From positions 384,001 through 448,000 of the forward strand of contig CAVTJJ010000006.1 in the NCBI GenBank assembly GCA_963735035.1: a DNA stretch of 64,000 nucleotides. Direction: 5' to 3'. The notes beneath the pieces are model-generated. The model ran no database searches and was not told the origin of the DNA. It saw nothing but the letters and a program-made list of their open reading frames with translations. Positions 62,937-64,000 of this stretch are shown here, piece by piece. The translations under genes and the position numbers were made by a program. The DNA comes from an uncultured candidate division Zixibacteria bacterium. GTDB taxonomy: Bacteria > Zixibacteria > MSB-5A5 > GN15 > FEB-12. Every line of letters begins with the position of its first letter. Position 1 is the stretch's first letter.

Positions 62937-63995
62937 ATGACCAGAGAATTCAGTCGACATATAGCCGTCACCGGCGGCGCCGGTTTCATAGGCTCCAACC
63001 TCCTCTTGCACATGGTGCCCAAGTACCCGGACTACTTGTTTGTCAATGTCGACTGTCTGACCTACGCCGGAAATCTCTCCAGCCTGAAAGCAATTGAACA
63101 GGCTCCGAATTACGGCTTTGAACGGATCGACATCTGCAACTATGATGCCCTCAAAGAATGCGTGGCAAGAAATCAGATCGACGGGGTCATTCATCTTGCG
63201 GCCGAGTCGCATGTCGACCGTTCGATAGTCGGGCCGGCGGCGTTTATCAACAGCAATATCAACGGCACGTTCAATCTGCTGGAAATGGCCCGGCGACTTC
63301 ATCAGGACGGGAAGCCATTTCGCTTCCATCACGTTTCCACCGATGAAGTTTTCGGCTCACTTGGCTCTGAGGGTCATTTCACCGAGGAAAGCCCGTACCG
63401 TCCCAATTCGCCCTATTCGGCGTCGAAGGCGGCCGCGGATCATCTGGTGCGTGCTTATCACCACACGTATGGTCTGGAAACAGTTACGACCAACTGCTCC
63501 AACAATTATGGCCCGTATCAATTCCCTGAGAAGTTGATCCCGCTCATGATTCGGAATGCTACAACCGGGAAAGACCTGCCGGTCTACGGCGACGGCCGTC
63601 AGGTGCGCGACTGGCTCTACGTTCAGGATCACTGCGAGGCGCTCGATCTGGTCTTCCACAAGGGCAAGCCGGGGCAGACGTACAATATCGGCGGCCACAA
63701 TGAAATCGAGAATATCGAGTTGGTTCGCCGCCTGTGTGGAATTCTGGATGAATTGCTCGGTGGTCCGCCGCGCGAGAAGCTGATCAAGTACGTGAAGGAT
63801 CGCCCCGGGCATGACCGTCGGTACGCCATCGATCCGTCCTACATTAAGCGAGAACTCGGGTGGATGCCGCGGCATACGTTCGAGCAGGGACTGAAGGCTA
63901 CTATCAAATGGTATCTGGATAACACGGCCTGGCTCGACGGTTGTCTCAGCGGCGCTTATCTCAAATATTACGACATGATGTACTCCAATCGATAG
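62937..63995 (+). CDS. rfbB: dTDP-glucose 4,6-dehydratase
   Basis: [48 protein letters not shown]. Confidence 0.97.
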   Translation: MTREFSRHIAVTGGAGFIGSNLLLHMVPKYPDYLFVNVDCLTYAGNLSSLKAIEQAPNYGFERIDICNYDALKECVARNQIDGVIHLAAESHVDRSIVGPAAFINSNINGTFNLLEMARRLHQDGKPFRFHHVSTDEVFGSLGSEGHFTEESPYRPNSPYSASKAAADHLVRAYHHTYGLETVTTNCSNNYGPYQFPEKLIPLMIRNATTGKDLPVYGDGRQVRDWLYVQDHCEALDLVFHKGKPGQTYNIGGHNEIENIELVRRLCGILDELLGGPPREKLIKYVKDRPGHDRRYAIDPSYIKRELGWMPRHTFEQGLKATIKWYLDNTAWLDGCLSGAYLKYYDMMYSNR

Positions 63996-64000
63996 AGGAA

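Noticed and set aside
62093..63097. ORFs overlapping the tandem array (MGGRRP..., MWASAGH...)
   Set aside because: They are translations of the repeat in rotating frames; the same peptide appears at the REP at 38740

Overview
A 64-kb, GC-rich bacterial chromosomal segment. GWxTD proteins, a cohesin-like + FlgD-Ig C-terminal-domain protein, DUF1573 proteins and PFOR suggest an anaerobic diderm of the FCB group, such as Zixibacteria; this taxon call is inference. It is mostly housekeeping: aroC, pepA, PFOR, dcd, cobO, trxB, mlaEFD, deoC, ruvCAB, queA, ispDF, ddl, cysS, rfbB, tRNA-Ala(GGC) and tRNA-Thr(TGT). It also holds an envelope locus (TolC, adaptor, ABC ATPase, three MacB-type permeases, two GWxTD proteins, two DUF1573 proteins), an ECF sigma/anti-sigma pair, a C5-methyltransferase/Vsr/HNH cassette and many REP-like palindromes, including a 128-bp tandem array. 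The top finding is a gene that the ORF track splits in two (22152-22907, minus strand). It reads through an in-frame TGA at the first Cys position of the DUF1573 CGC motif (PG-U-GCT), and a SECIS-like hairpin starts 11 nt downstream. The adjacent paralog has Cys at that position. This is a strong candidate for a secreted selenoprotein. Other leads: a catalytically degenerate archaemetzincin upstream of an Hrq1/MrfA-type helicase, a secreted four-repeat protein of a domain I do not recognise, a putative ECF promoter motif shared by the sigma gene and the efflux operon, and a tandem pair of diverged orphan paralogs. About nine single-base frameshifts in conserved genes look like sequencing indels rather than real pseudogenes.
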